This document shows, in pieces, positions 1-11,526 of a stretch of 64,000 nucleotides of DNA (position 1 is its first letter; each line of letters starts with the position of its first letter). The notes beneath the pieces are model-generated. The model did not search any database. It saw nothing but the letters and a program-made list of their open reading frames with translations, and was not told the origin of the DNA. Origin of the DNA: Adineta vaga (Eukaryota > Animalia > Rotifera); contig CP075497.1 of NCBI GenBank assembly GCA_021613535.1, positions 1,612,001 through 1,676,000 on the forward strand, read 5' to 3'. The position numbers and the translations under genes were made by a program.

Positions 1-696
1 GTTTTTTCTGATGAAAATGAAACGAAGCCAAATGGACGACGAACACTTTTTTCTCGATCCATTGGCTAAAATAATAACAAATAAAACTAGTAGGTAAGTG
101 TTCTTCTCCTTCTCTATCTACCAATTCAATTGTATCAATAATTCCAAACTGTGAAAAATAATCTGATAAATCTTGTTCAACAAAATCAACTGGAAGTTGA
201 CCAATAAAAATCTTTTTCACCGGATTTGTCACAGCTATTCAAAAACAATCATTTCAATCAAATAATGACATCCCATAGAAATAAACTTACGTGGACGTCG
301 ATGTGCTGGTTTAGGATCAATTTGACATTGATTAATCGTATGTGCTTGAACATTAAGAACTTTTTGTATTGATTCCTTTTCATCAAAAAGAATAAAAGCA
401 AAGCCACGTGCTCTTCCACCGGGTACATCATATTTAATTGTAACATCTTCAATTGAACCGAATTCTGAAAAATATTTCTCTAAATCTTCTTTTGTTATAT
501 CAGATGATAATTGTCCAACAAATAATTTTCGTTCATCATCAGGTTTCGGAACTTTTCCATCACGAATTGAATTGATTGTTTCGTTACAATTATCATTATT
601 CTTTGATAAAGATTCATCTTTTTGATTATCAAAATTATCATTGATTTCAGATGATGAATGTTGATCATCATTTGAAGTTGTTTGACTATTTAGCAT
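1..696 (-). CDS. Two-RRM RNA-binding protein (hnRNP A/B/D, squid-like); 3' end runs off the window
   Basis: RRM1 RNP2 KLFVGQL and RNP1 RGFAFILF. After intron 235-290 a second RRM begins KKIFIGQLPVDF...DYFSQFG. ATG at 696 follows an AG acceptor, implying a 5'UTR intron. Confidence 0.85.
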
Positions 697-1020
697 TCTA
701 TTCAAAAGAAGAGAAAAAGCAACGTTGATTTCTTAACTAAAAGAAATTCTTCAAATGAAATGTGAAACTTACATTGAAATTTTCTTTGATTTGATATAAC
801 AAAACAAGAAGTTAAAATTTTTGATCCATTCTCAAATTATTGTTTTCTAAAAACCATCTAAAATGATAGTTGGTTTTTCATTACTTTTCATTAATTAACT
901 ATCATTAAATAGATAAATAAGAAGAAAGATAAATATTTTACACCGAGAAGAGAAAAAAAAGAAAAATAAGAAAGTGAATCTACAATGTCAAATAGAAAGA
1001 AACAAAGTATCGGAGATCAT

Positions 1021-3399
1021 TCAGAGATCAACAAGTTTTGAGAGTGAATGATTTTTGATATCATCTAACGAAGAATTTAGATTTGTTGGTGCCGAAAATA
1101 TTAAATCATATTGTTGAACTTTAAGAACACCGACACCACCTCCTAATCGACGATATGCCATTCCTCCATGAAATTTCCAACAACTATTTTCATTGTCATA
1201 TAATTCAACACTTTTTAAATAGGATGTTCCCTGAAAAAGATATTCGATTCGATTCAATTCAATCGTATTTCAAAAGAGTTTTCACTTACATCAAATCCAC
1301 CTATGGCCATTAGTTGATTATTAACTACAGCTAATCCAACCTATTTACCAAAGAGAGAATTGTTTAAACAATAGAAAAAATGAAATCAATGAGAATATTT
1401 ACTCCACTACGTCTTGAATTCATTGAAACAACTGCTGTCCATTGATTCGTTTTTGGATTATATCTTTCAGCTGTTGATAATTCTGTTGCATCATCTCGTC
1501 CACCAACAGAATCTATATAAACAAACAAAAAAAATAAGCAATCAATTTGAAACAAGAGACCTACAAATAAATCCATTATAAACAGCACAACCCAGATGTT
1601 TTCGACGTGTTAACATTGGTGCAATGGATATCCATTTATTCATTTTTGAATCATATTTTTCAACTAAAACATTCAATTAAAATTCTTCAATCACTCCGAA
1701 AGATAGTTCACCTGTATTGAGCGGAGATTGTCCATCGGATCCACCAATTGCATAAAGATAACCATCAAGTACGGCAACAGCAACACCTAATCGTTTTGTA
1801 CCCATGGATGCTACACGTGTCCATCGTTCAATTGTTGGATCATATCTAAAGATAAATTTTATCAGAAGATATATCATTCTTTTCAATTTACTTTTCAACA
1901 AGATTTAAACAAGATATTCCATCTTGTCCACCAACAGCAAATAAACAATCATCAAGAACAGTAACTCCAACACTTGTTCGACATGAACTCGTCGGTGCTA
2001 TATCATTATTCCATTGATTTGTTTGAGGATCAAATCTTTCAACACTGTTCAAATAACTAACACCATCATGTCCACCAACAGCATAAAGAAGATTATTCAA
2101 AACACCAACACCAACTCCACATCTTCGTTTTGACATTGATCCAACAGTTTTCCATTCGTTCATTGTTGGATCAAACATTTCCACAGTTGCTATTGCATCA
2201 CCCGAACACCAACCACCAACAGCAAAAAGAACTTCAGATGATTTTAATGGTTTTCGTCGTTTTGTTCGAGGTCCTTGCATATTTAATCGTTCTTGTGGTA
2301 ATAATAAATAATCTTTTGCTTCATCAATTAAATCACGACAGATTTGATCAGCTTTTATCAATGGATCGGAACTAACTCGGCCAACAAGAAATCGTGCAGA
2401 CATTAGAGGAAATCGAATATGTTCAAAAATCTAAAAGAATTCTCAAAATTAATTCCTCTTCTTTAATTTCAATTCAACAAACTTTTGATAAATATTGCTT
2501 TCGTTGTTCAGTATCATATGAAATCCATTTCATAACTGTAAGATAAACATCTTCTTCAGACGAAATATTCAATTCATCATTTGAGATAATATCAATCAAT
2601 TGATTCACGGGTAATAATAAAAATTCTTCACTTTCTTTGACATTAAGAAAATGTTGTTGAGCATAACGATCGGCTACACGTAATAATTCTTGACATGAAT
2701 TTGTTTCAGCAAATGCACGAATACTCAAACAATTATTTGGATTTAATCGTTTTTGTAAAAATTCACAACATGTCACTTGAACTTCTTCAATCTAAATTTC
2801 AGTTTCACATTAGAATCGAAAAGAAATAGTATCAATTAATCTTTTACTTGGAGAGTTGTCGCTGCTGGTAATAGTATTTGTACATTTTGTTCATCAATAA
2901 TAATTCTTGATGTGTAACAATAATCAACTAATAATTCCATTGCACAATAGTCAATATCACGAATCATTATTTCTATTTGTTGTGTTTGAATTAAATCACC
3001 AGGAAACATTGCTTTAAAATATGGACTACATGCTTGAAATGAAAAAGATATATTCAATTTTATTATTAAATCAAAAATAGTTCGCCGTTTATAAACCTGA
3101 AAGAATTGGTCGATGAGCATAAATTTCATTTTGATCAATAATTAAAACTACATCACATAGTTGTTTTTGTTGTCGTAATAGATTTAAATTTTCTAGTACT
3201 AATTTTGCATGTTTATCTGATGTTTTAATTAATTTATTAGTTGATGATGAACAATCTTTGAGCATATCAATTGTAGTACAACTATTAATTTCATTTTGAT
3301 CATTTGTACTAAACAACAGAAAAGAGTTAACATTTAGTTTTTCTAAAAAAAAACAAACCAAATTTCGCCTATTGACAAAGATGTTTGTGTCGTATCCAT
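1021..3399 (-). CDS. KLHL20: Kelch-like protein 20 / diablo (BTB-BACK-Kelch), multi-exon
   Basis: BTB ([24 protein letters not shown]), BACK ([20 protein letters not shown]), Kelch repeats ([44 protein letters not shown]) closely matching KLHL20. First exon [13 protein letters not shown] inferred from splice sites. Confidence 0.93.
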
Positions 3400-4244
3400 T
3401 ATTTCTATTGAAAATATTTTCTTTTATCACTAATCAACATTTTCTTTGTTAAAAAGAAGTAGAAGAGAAAAAAGACTGACAAGACAAACAACAAACAGTT
3501 TACAAATACCAAAAATGATGTTAACAATCATTCGATGGTCGATCTAATCGATTGTAGCGACATTAACATAAATTTGAAATATTGTTGATTTAAGAATATT
3601 TTTTTCTTCTTACATATTTATTTAAAATTAGTAATAAAAAATGAAATGAAAGACATCTTTTATTAGATTAGATCATTTAATTGATTCGAATGGCCATTTA
3701 TTCTAACCAATGTCCTGTGGTCTGTGATAATTATGACTCACGCTCAAGTCAAATTTGCTCAAGAGATTGCTTTGCTTGTAGTATCATTCATCGATAGATA
3801 AACGTTTTTGAATCTGAACAAATAATCAAATTAAGAATACACAAGTGTGGGTGTTGGAAGGCAAAGAGCAAAGTAAGATTGGCTTGAACCCCTCTGCCAC
3901 AATGGACACACGAAAAGCGTTCTCAGCGGGAAAGACACCGATTGATAACTGTCTGCAAAGCATTTACACCGTATAACTTAAATGCACATTTAAAACAGTC
4001 GACGATACCAGATGTTAGGATACTTATGGGATTCAATACTTTAAAATTCGAATACTCGAATTCTAACTTTATAAATTTAGAAGTTGAATAGTTTAGAAGT
4101 TGAAGAAGAAGTTTAATACTCGAATCGAATTAACGATTTCCACTCTACTCCGATCATATACAAAACATACATGTATAAGCATTAAAATTTTGAACGAAAA
4201 ATTCGCGTGAATCAAGAATAATTCTTATATGCAATATGATCCTT

Positions 4245-5668
4245 AGCATCTTAATTAATCGTACAAAAATGAGCGTGATTATTGTTAACATATACAAAGG
4301 TGTTCCCCAGTACATATTATTTTACATTATTACTAAGAAAAATACTTAACTATGACCTTTGCTGTTTTTTTAGTGGAATTATCATGCAATGAAAGCCAAA
4401 GAAAACGATTCAGCAGCCTATCGTCTTCATATTTTTCTTAGAACAATTAAACTGCTTCATGAATTATTCCATTGTCTAACACCATCATTTATTGCCTATC
4501 GAAATGAGCAACTACCAAATTTAAAACCGTAATAGCTGTTGTTTATTGAGTAAATATTATTTCAATCTTTTTTTTAGACTTTATGAAACGTCAATTTACA
4601 TGGGAAGGAAAGCAGTGCCAAATCTAAAACGAAAACATGGTGAAAAAAGTATTCGTTTAATGGGTGACATGGGGTTTTGCTATGGAAGAATTACTTTTCG
4701 ATGGTCGACGATTATTCCATTTATCAAAACCTGATGGTTATGTCTACATGGTATATTATGTGAGAAATATACATGAAACCGCGTTAATCTTACATATACT
4801 TGACTAAATATCACTGAGAACACAGTTGAAGTGTTAAAAATCCTAAGGAATTAATTTTTATTCAAAAATTAATGAAAATTTTTTTATATGTGAATCTAAT
4901 TTCTTTCTTTTTCTTTTTATTTAGATTGATAAACTACACAGGTCCAACAAAACGGCGTCGTAAACTGTCTTAAACGGTAGAAAAACGGTGAAAAACGGGG
5001 CTAATACTTCGCCGTAATCCGTTAACCCAGAAATGTATAGAAATACAGTGTAAAAAGATGGTCGTTTCGTAGAAAGAAACGGCCGAAAACGGCAGTCGTA
5101 ATCCGGAATAACGGATTACGATGAAATAAGGTGAAAATTAAAGCAGTAAATTGCCGTTTTCTGGTCGTTTGAGGCACCGTTTCCGACCTTCAGAATGATT
5201 GACCTGGGCTCTATCTACAAGAAATTGATCAAAATACATTCAAGGAGAAAAATTTCGACATTAATATCGATTTAATATGGTCATTATAAGATTCTCCAGA
5301 GAAGGTTTTCAATATACAAGATTTAAATCAATTTCGTTCATTAAAAATTGATCCTCCTGGTACTTCAAAAAAGTCTTCAAGTTCTCGATCACCAAAGAAG
5401 ATCTACTCAATTTTACAATCACCAAGTGTTGGTAAGTATTAAACTTCGCCTAAATTTAGTACTAACGATATGATCCGTCGTTTGGTGAGATAAAAAAGTA
5501 ATACTTTCTTCTAATATACAATGGTGATTATATCATTGAGAAAAAAAATGTTTTCTTGTGTAGGTGGTTTATTTGCTGATGATGATCAATATGAAGAAGA
5601 AAGTTCCAATGAAGAACTAGAAAATCATTCCGTCAGCCAATGGTTATCACATGGTAGAAAAGTTTGAT
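4245..5668 (+). pseudogene. Decayed HExxH zincin-like gene
   Basis: Exon ~4375-4528 reads WNYHAMKAKENDSAAYRLHIFLRTIKLLHELFHCLTPSF. The next exon gives GDMG(frameshift ~4671)FAMEELLFDGRRLFH. A later exon is split by an insertion and has an in-frame stop. Last exon GGLFADDDQYEEE...RKV*. 5' boundary uncertain. Confidence 0.6.
4937..5208. mobile_element. Non-autonomous TIR element (MITE-like)
   Basis: Imperfect TIR: cacaggtccaaca vs reverse complement of the right end cccaggtcaatca. Internal aaacgg/ccgt repeats. Removing it restores the frame IDKL|LYLQEIDQNTF. Confidence 0.65.
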
Positions 5669-6424
5669 TTTTTTATAATATTATTTTTGTGAATGATTTT
5701 CTTTCTCGCTGTTATGTCTTTTTAATGTAAATAAGTAAATGATTTAGCATTGTAAAACTGAAAAAGAATACTTATATATAGAACTGTTCTCGTTCATTTC
5801 AGTTATTAAAAACAATCAAATTAGATTTTAACAAACCATAGATATTTTTCTCATCAAGCTGTACTAGTAAACAAAATTATTCTCTCTCAAAATATTCAAG
5901 CGATTAAATAAAATAATTATTCAGATAGAAATAATTCTATTTCTATATCATTACACTCTTTGTAATTACTACAAGAAAATAAAAACGAAGTTTAGCGTGA
6001 TTTCATTTGAAAAAACTCTTTGCTTATTTTTCGTGACAAGGGCAAGAGACAGAGAAGTAGTTGACAATACCAATAATAATGATAAAGAAATAGTTATACC
6101 TTCCTTCACTTTAGCCTAATGGAATTTAGCGACATCTATAATATATCTTCGAATATATCTCATATTGACAGGATTTTAATAGATTTTTTTATCCTTTTAG
6201 AAGTGAATTTATTTTCAAAAACCTATTTCAATAAAATAAAAATGATTAATGAAGAGATTTCATTGGTCCATGTTGTCAATTCCAACAAATGTTCTTTCAG
6301 TTGAAACAAGATGATATGTTATTATTCTTATTTATTGTATACGTATACTAAATTAAATTGAACGATATAGAAGTTTTACTTTAGACTTTTTTTTATAATT
6401 TTTGATTGTTAAGCAAAACAAAGG

Positions 6425-9400
6425 ATGCTTTCATCATTCCGTAAACAGGATAAAAAGGATGAAGAATCAGGTACAAGTGGAAATCCATATAAGAATCTCG
6501 AAAAAGCTTCAGTCCTCCAAGAAGTAAATTAAAATCGTTTACTATTATTCTAATAAAAACAATTCATCTATTTCAATAGGCTCGTACATTCAATGAAACA
6601 CCTGTTAATGCACGAAAATGTATTCAAATTCTAACAAAAATCATCTATATGATTAATCAAGTAAGAAAAGAATACAACTGAACTTCTTGTTAGATTTAAC
6701 AAATTCTCTTCCACAATTACTTTTGTAGCCAGAAATGGTAAAGAAAATCGATCTATTTTATTTTTCTGTTGCTGGTGTTGAAAAATATCATTGTTTTTTT
6801 TTCTTGACGGATAATCTTTGTTCTTATTATTTTTGATTATTTGTTCAAATATTTTGATCTATAGAAATATATTTGTTTTCTTTTAGGGTGAACAATTAGG
6901 TCAAACTGAAGCAACTGAAACATTTTTTGCTATGACAAAATTATTTCAATCAAAAGATGTGAGTATTCGAAACTATGCATTGAAAATTGAATTTTTCTCT
7001 GTCTCTATTCAGATGATGCTTCGTCGAATGATTTATTTATCAATCAAGGAAATGTCAACAGTTGCAAATGATGTTATTATTGTAACATCTAGTTTAACTC
7101 GTGATATGACTGGTAAAGAAGATTCACATCGTGGACCAGCTATTCGGGCTCTTTGTAAAATCACCGATGTATGTATTCAGATTTGATTTGGAAAAGATTA
7201 TTTTTTTTTTGTATCTGTAGGCATCAATGATGCAAAGTGTTGAACGATATATGAAACAAGCCATTGTTGATAAACTTGCCTCGGTGGCATCTGCAGCATT
7301 GATATCATCCGTTCATTTAATGCGTCACGGTCCTGAAGTTGTTAAACGATGGGTCAATGAAGTTCAAGAAGCAGTTAATAACGATAATATCATGGTGCAA
7401 TATCATGCTCTTGGTCTTCTGTATCAAATACGTCGATCGGATAAACATGCGATCAGAAAATTGATTGTGAAATTTTCTAAAGCTGGTCTTCGAAGTCCAT
7501 ATGCCTATTGTTTTCTCATTCGTATTGCAGCTAATTTAATCAATGAAGAAGGCGAAGGGTTAGTTTAACAGTTATAATTGAAGACCGTAATGTTTGAATT
7601 GTTTTTGTTTTGTTTTAGAACGGATAGTCCAATGTATGATTTCATTGATTCATGTTTACGTCATAAAAATGAAATGGTCATCTATGAAGCAGCATCAACA
7701 ATTGTATCACTTAAATGTGTTACACCAAAAGAATTAAGTTCAGCTGTTAATGTTCTTCAATTATTTATTTCATCACCAAAACCTGTTTTACGTTATGCTG
7801 CTGTTCGAACACTTAATAAAGTTTGTTTTTTTAATAATATTATTCTATTATATGATAAATGTCCGTCAAATAGGTTGCTATTCAGTATCCAGCAGCAGTC
7901 ACAGCTTGTAATGTTGATCTTGAAACATTAATTACCGATTCCAATCGATCAATTGCAACATTAGCTATAACAACACTTCTCAAAGTAACATCTTTTATCT
8001 ATAAATTTATCATGTTCTTTTTATTCGGTCTATTCTAGACGGGTAATGAAGCTGGTGTTGATCGTTTGATGAAACAAATCTCATCATTTTTATCTGAAAT
8101 CTCCGATCAATTCAAAACTGTTGTTGTTGATGCTATTAGGTAAAAAACAAAGAACAAACATTCATATGCGTTTATAATTGACTATATTTAGATCATTATG
8201 TCAAAAATTTCCACGTAAACATACGGTATTAATGACATTTCTTGCCAATATGTTACGTGAAGAAGGTGGTTATGAATATAAGAAAGCCATTGTGAATACA
8301 ATTATTTCAATTGTTGAAGAAAATCCTGAAGCAAAAGAAGCTGGTAAGAAAATATTCATTTCATATTGATTATCTTTATGTTTATTTAAATAGGTTTGGC
8401 CCATTTATGTGAATTTATTGAAGATTGTGAACATACATCATTAGCAACTCGTATTCTTCATTTATTGGGTCGTGAAGGTCCACGAACAACAACACCAGCT
8501 AAATATATTCGTTATATTTATAATCGTGTTATTCTTGAAAATGCGCCTGTTCGAGCAGGTAAGATATTTTAATTCTTAATTTCTTATTAATGATTTGTTT
8601 TAGCTGCTGTTGGTGCATTGGCTAAATTTGGTGCAGCATCGGAAGATTTATTACCAAATATCTTGGTACTTTTACAACGAACAACTCTCGATCAAGATGA
8701 TGAAGTTCGTGATCGTGCAACATTCTATTATCAATTATTAAAACAAAATGATAAAGCATTGAATTCCGCTTATATTCTCAATTGTAAGTTAGATGATTGA
8801 ATTAAATAGTTCAATTAAAATGATTTTGATTTAGCAATGAATGTATCTTTATCGGCACTTGAACGTCTTTTACATCGTTATACAATGGAACCAACAACGA
8901 AACCATTTGATGTTCGATCTGTACCTGTTGAAGCAATTCAAGTTGAACAACCAAAAGGTGTGACATTCATTATCATTTCGATGGATCAATCATGTTTTTC
9001 TTTTTTATAGCAAATATTAGTATTAGTACTGGTATTTCACCAGGAGGTGTGGAAACGAAGAAAGCTCGAGAAGATACTTACAGTGGTAAATGGTTTTTTT
9101 TCCAAAAAACCTTTCGTTTCCTAAACTCGTCTTTTTTTTCTCATTCTTGTAGAACAATTATCGATCATACCAGAATTTGCTCATTTGGGACCAATCTTTA
9201 AATCATCCTTACCTGTTGATTTAACTGAAAGTGAAGTTGAATATGTTGTTCGATGTATCAAACATGTTTTTAGTCATTATATTGTTTTTCAAGTACGATT
9301 TCTCTTTGTTCATTGTTTCATTTTGTTCACACATTTTTTTCCTATTTTTAGTTTGATATAAACAACACATTAAATGATCAGTTATTAGAAAAAGTAACTG

Positions 9401-10138
9401 TTCAAATGGATGGATCAGCAGAAGGTTTCGAAGTTGTTCATTATACTCCTTGTCAAATAATTAAATGTAACGATACGGGAACAACTTACACATTAGTTAA
9501 ACTACCGGATGATTCATCGGCTGTTACCGGTGCATTGGCTTGTACGATGAAATATACAGTTAAAGATTGTGATCCAACAACAGGTGAACCAGATGACGAA
9601 GAAGGTTATGCTGATGAATTTGTCGTATGTGTTATATTTATATTTTCTATATTGATAGAACAAAAAGACGTTTTTGTTCTTGCTTTTTTTAGTTAGAAGA
9701 TGTTGAAGTAGCTGTCAGTGATCATGTACAAAAGGTATTAAAACCCAATTGGTCTGCATCGTGGGAAGAAATTGGAGCTGAAAATGAACTTGAAGACACA
9801 TACACATTACCAATTCCTACACTTGAAGGTTACAATCACTTATTTGATTTTGTTTCATTTCATAACAGTGACTTTGTTTTCTAGAATGTGTCAAGAAAAT
9901 AATAAGTTATATGGGAATGCAACCTTGTGAACGATCAGACAAAGTTCCAGAAGGTAAAGCATCACATGCTTTGTATCTGGCTGGTGTTTATCGTGGTGGA
10001 CATGATGTGCTCGTACGTGCGAAAATGGCATTGGGCGGAGCATCAGCTGATCCTGGAACACAAGCAATTACAATGCAATTGACAATTCGTTCAACAGATG
10101 AATCAGCTGTACAAGTTATCGCTTCAGCTGTTGAGTAA
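6425..10138 (+). CDS. COPG: Coatomer subunit gamma, multi-exon
   Basis: [16 protein letters not shown]...[83 protein letters not shown]: hallmark gamma-COP sequence. Confidence 0.97.
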
Positions 10139-10384
10139 ATAAGCAAGAAAAAAACATTTCGGAATTTTCTTAGTATACTTTTTTTTGTTGTCTGGGATTT
10201 TTATTGATATACGAGTGTTATTTAACTTATCATTCTCTTACTCAAAAATAATATAAACAAAGCTGCACTCTTTGAACAATAATTCGTTCTTCTACATAGT
10301 GAGTATGGAATGTACAGAATTCACACCCATCAATATTGCTATAATATTCAAGTCTTTTTGGATAACTTTTGAAAGTAATGAAGA

Positions 10385-11470
10385 TTAAAAGTCAATTTCA
10401 ACATATACATGATTTATACACACATTTTTTGAAATTATTCGGTAACAATTTATTCGTCTGTTTCTTGATTGATTAAACGATTTTCTCATTCGAGACGAAT
10501 ATTTCTTAGTTATGTAAAGTAAAATCTCAACAACATTTGAAGATATTTTCTCATTGTTGTTTTTCATTTTTTCCTGATGATTTGTCTATATTTATGAGCA
10601 TACTTTAGTTGTTATAAAAAAAGAAGAGAAAAAAACAAAGCTAATGAGTTTGGTTTTAAAAATGGAACCGTTTTGCATCAACAATCAAAGTCATGCTTTT
10701 TCTGTTCATTTGAATCTTATCATGTGATACAAATGATATCTGCCGTAATGAAGTATATTTTAAACAATCTGATGAATTTTATTAATAGTATATGTACTTT
10801 TTTTTCTTATTATTTATGAAAGTAGAAAGATGTGTTTAATTACGAATTTATGAATGTTTCTTTTACACTGGATTATTAACATCGATTTGTTTTTGACGAA
10901 AATTCAGTTGTTCATCTCCTATGATATTTAAGATATGAAAGATTAAAATGTCTAAATGAAATTTTTTTTTCATTAAATTCTCTATTTAGTTTCATGATGA
11001 AGTTTCATTACTGATTATTTTTGCTTTTACATTTTTTTTAATAGAAGGAAATTGTTTTTTCTATTAAACAACCTCATGATTGAGCGTTTCTATTGACATA
11101 TTTCATTATTTGTATCATAGTTTTTGCTGGTGCAAGAACTGATGTATCATCTTCGTTTTTATTTTCAGAAAGGAGACTACATTCGTTGTGAAGAATGAAT
11201 TTGAAAGTTGCCTTTCAATGGTTGTATGATCATGTGCGCAACTATAATCTTTTCGTAAGTAGTGAACATGGTTATGACGACAATAGTGATGAAGCAAACG
11301 ATCCAGCAACTGTTTTGAAAGAACAAAAGTGTACAACATGGTTGTATATTTTTCTTCTCATGGGTAAGTGAATGGTATCTGAACATTCGAAACTTAATAC
11401 CCAAAATACCGAGTTGATAATATAATCTTTGGTGAAAACATTTGAAATGTTAAGTGCACTTTTAAACACT
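10385..11470 (-). pseudogene. Possible degraded class-A GPCR relic
   Basis: Broken hydrophobic ORFs (ALNISNVFTKDYIINSVFW / KFRMFRYHSL / CWIVCFITIVVITMF) loosely resemble the TM2-TM4 region of the intact GPCR at 19.2-20.3 kb (LCKLRFFITYF). Many frameshifts. Confidence 0.3.
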
Positions 11471-11526
11471 AGAAAATAACGCTAGTAATCGAAAGTTCTT
11501 AGCAAACTCTTGTCTTAAATGTAAAC

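Noticed and set aside
2130-2375. Antisense and alternate-frame ORFs over real genes (also 19377, 25667, 27682, 33598, 45156, 49728, 58705, 63414)
   Set aside because: These are shadow ORFs of coding exons with no independent support.
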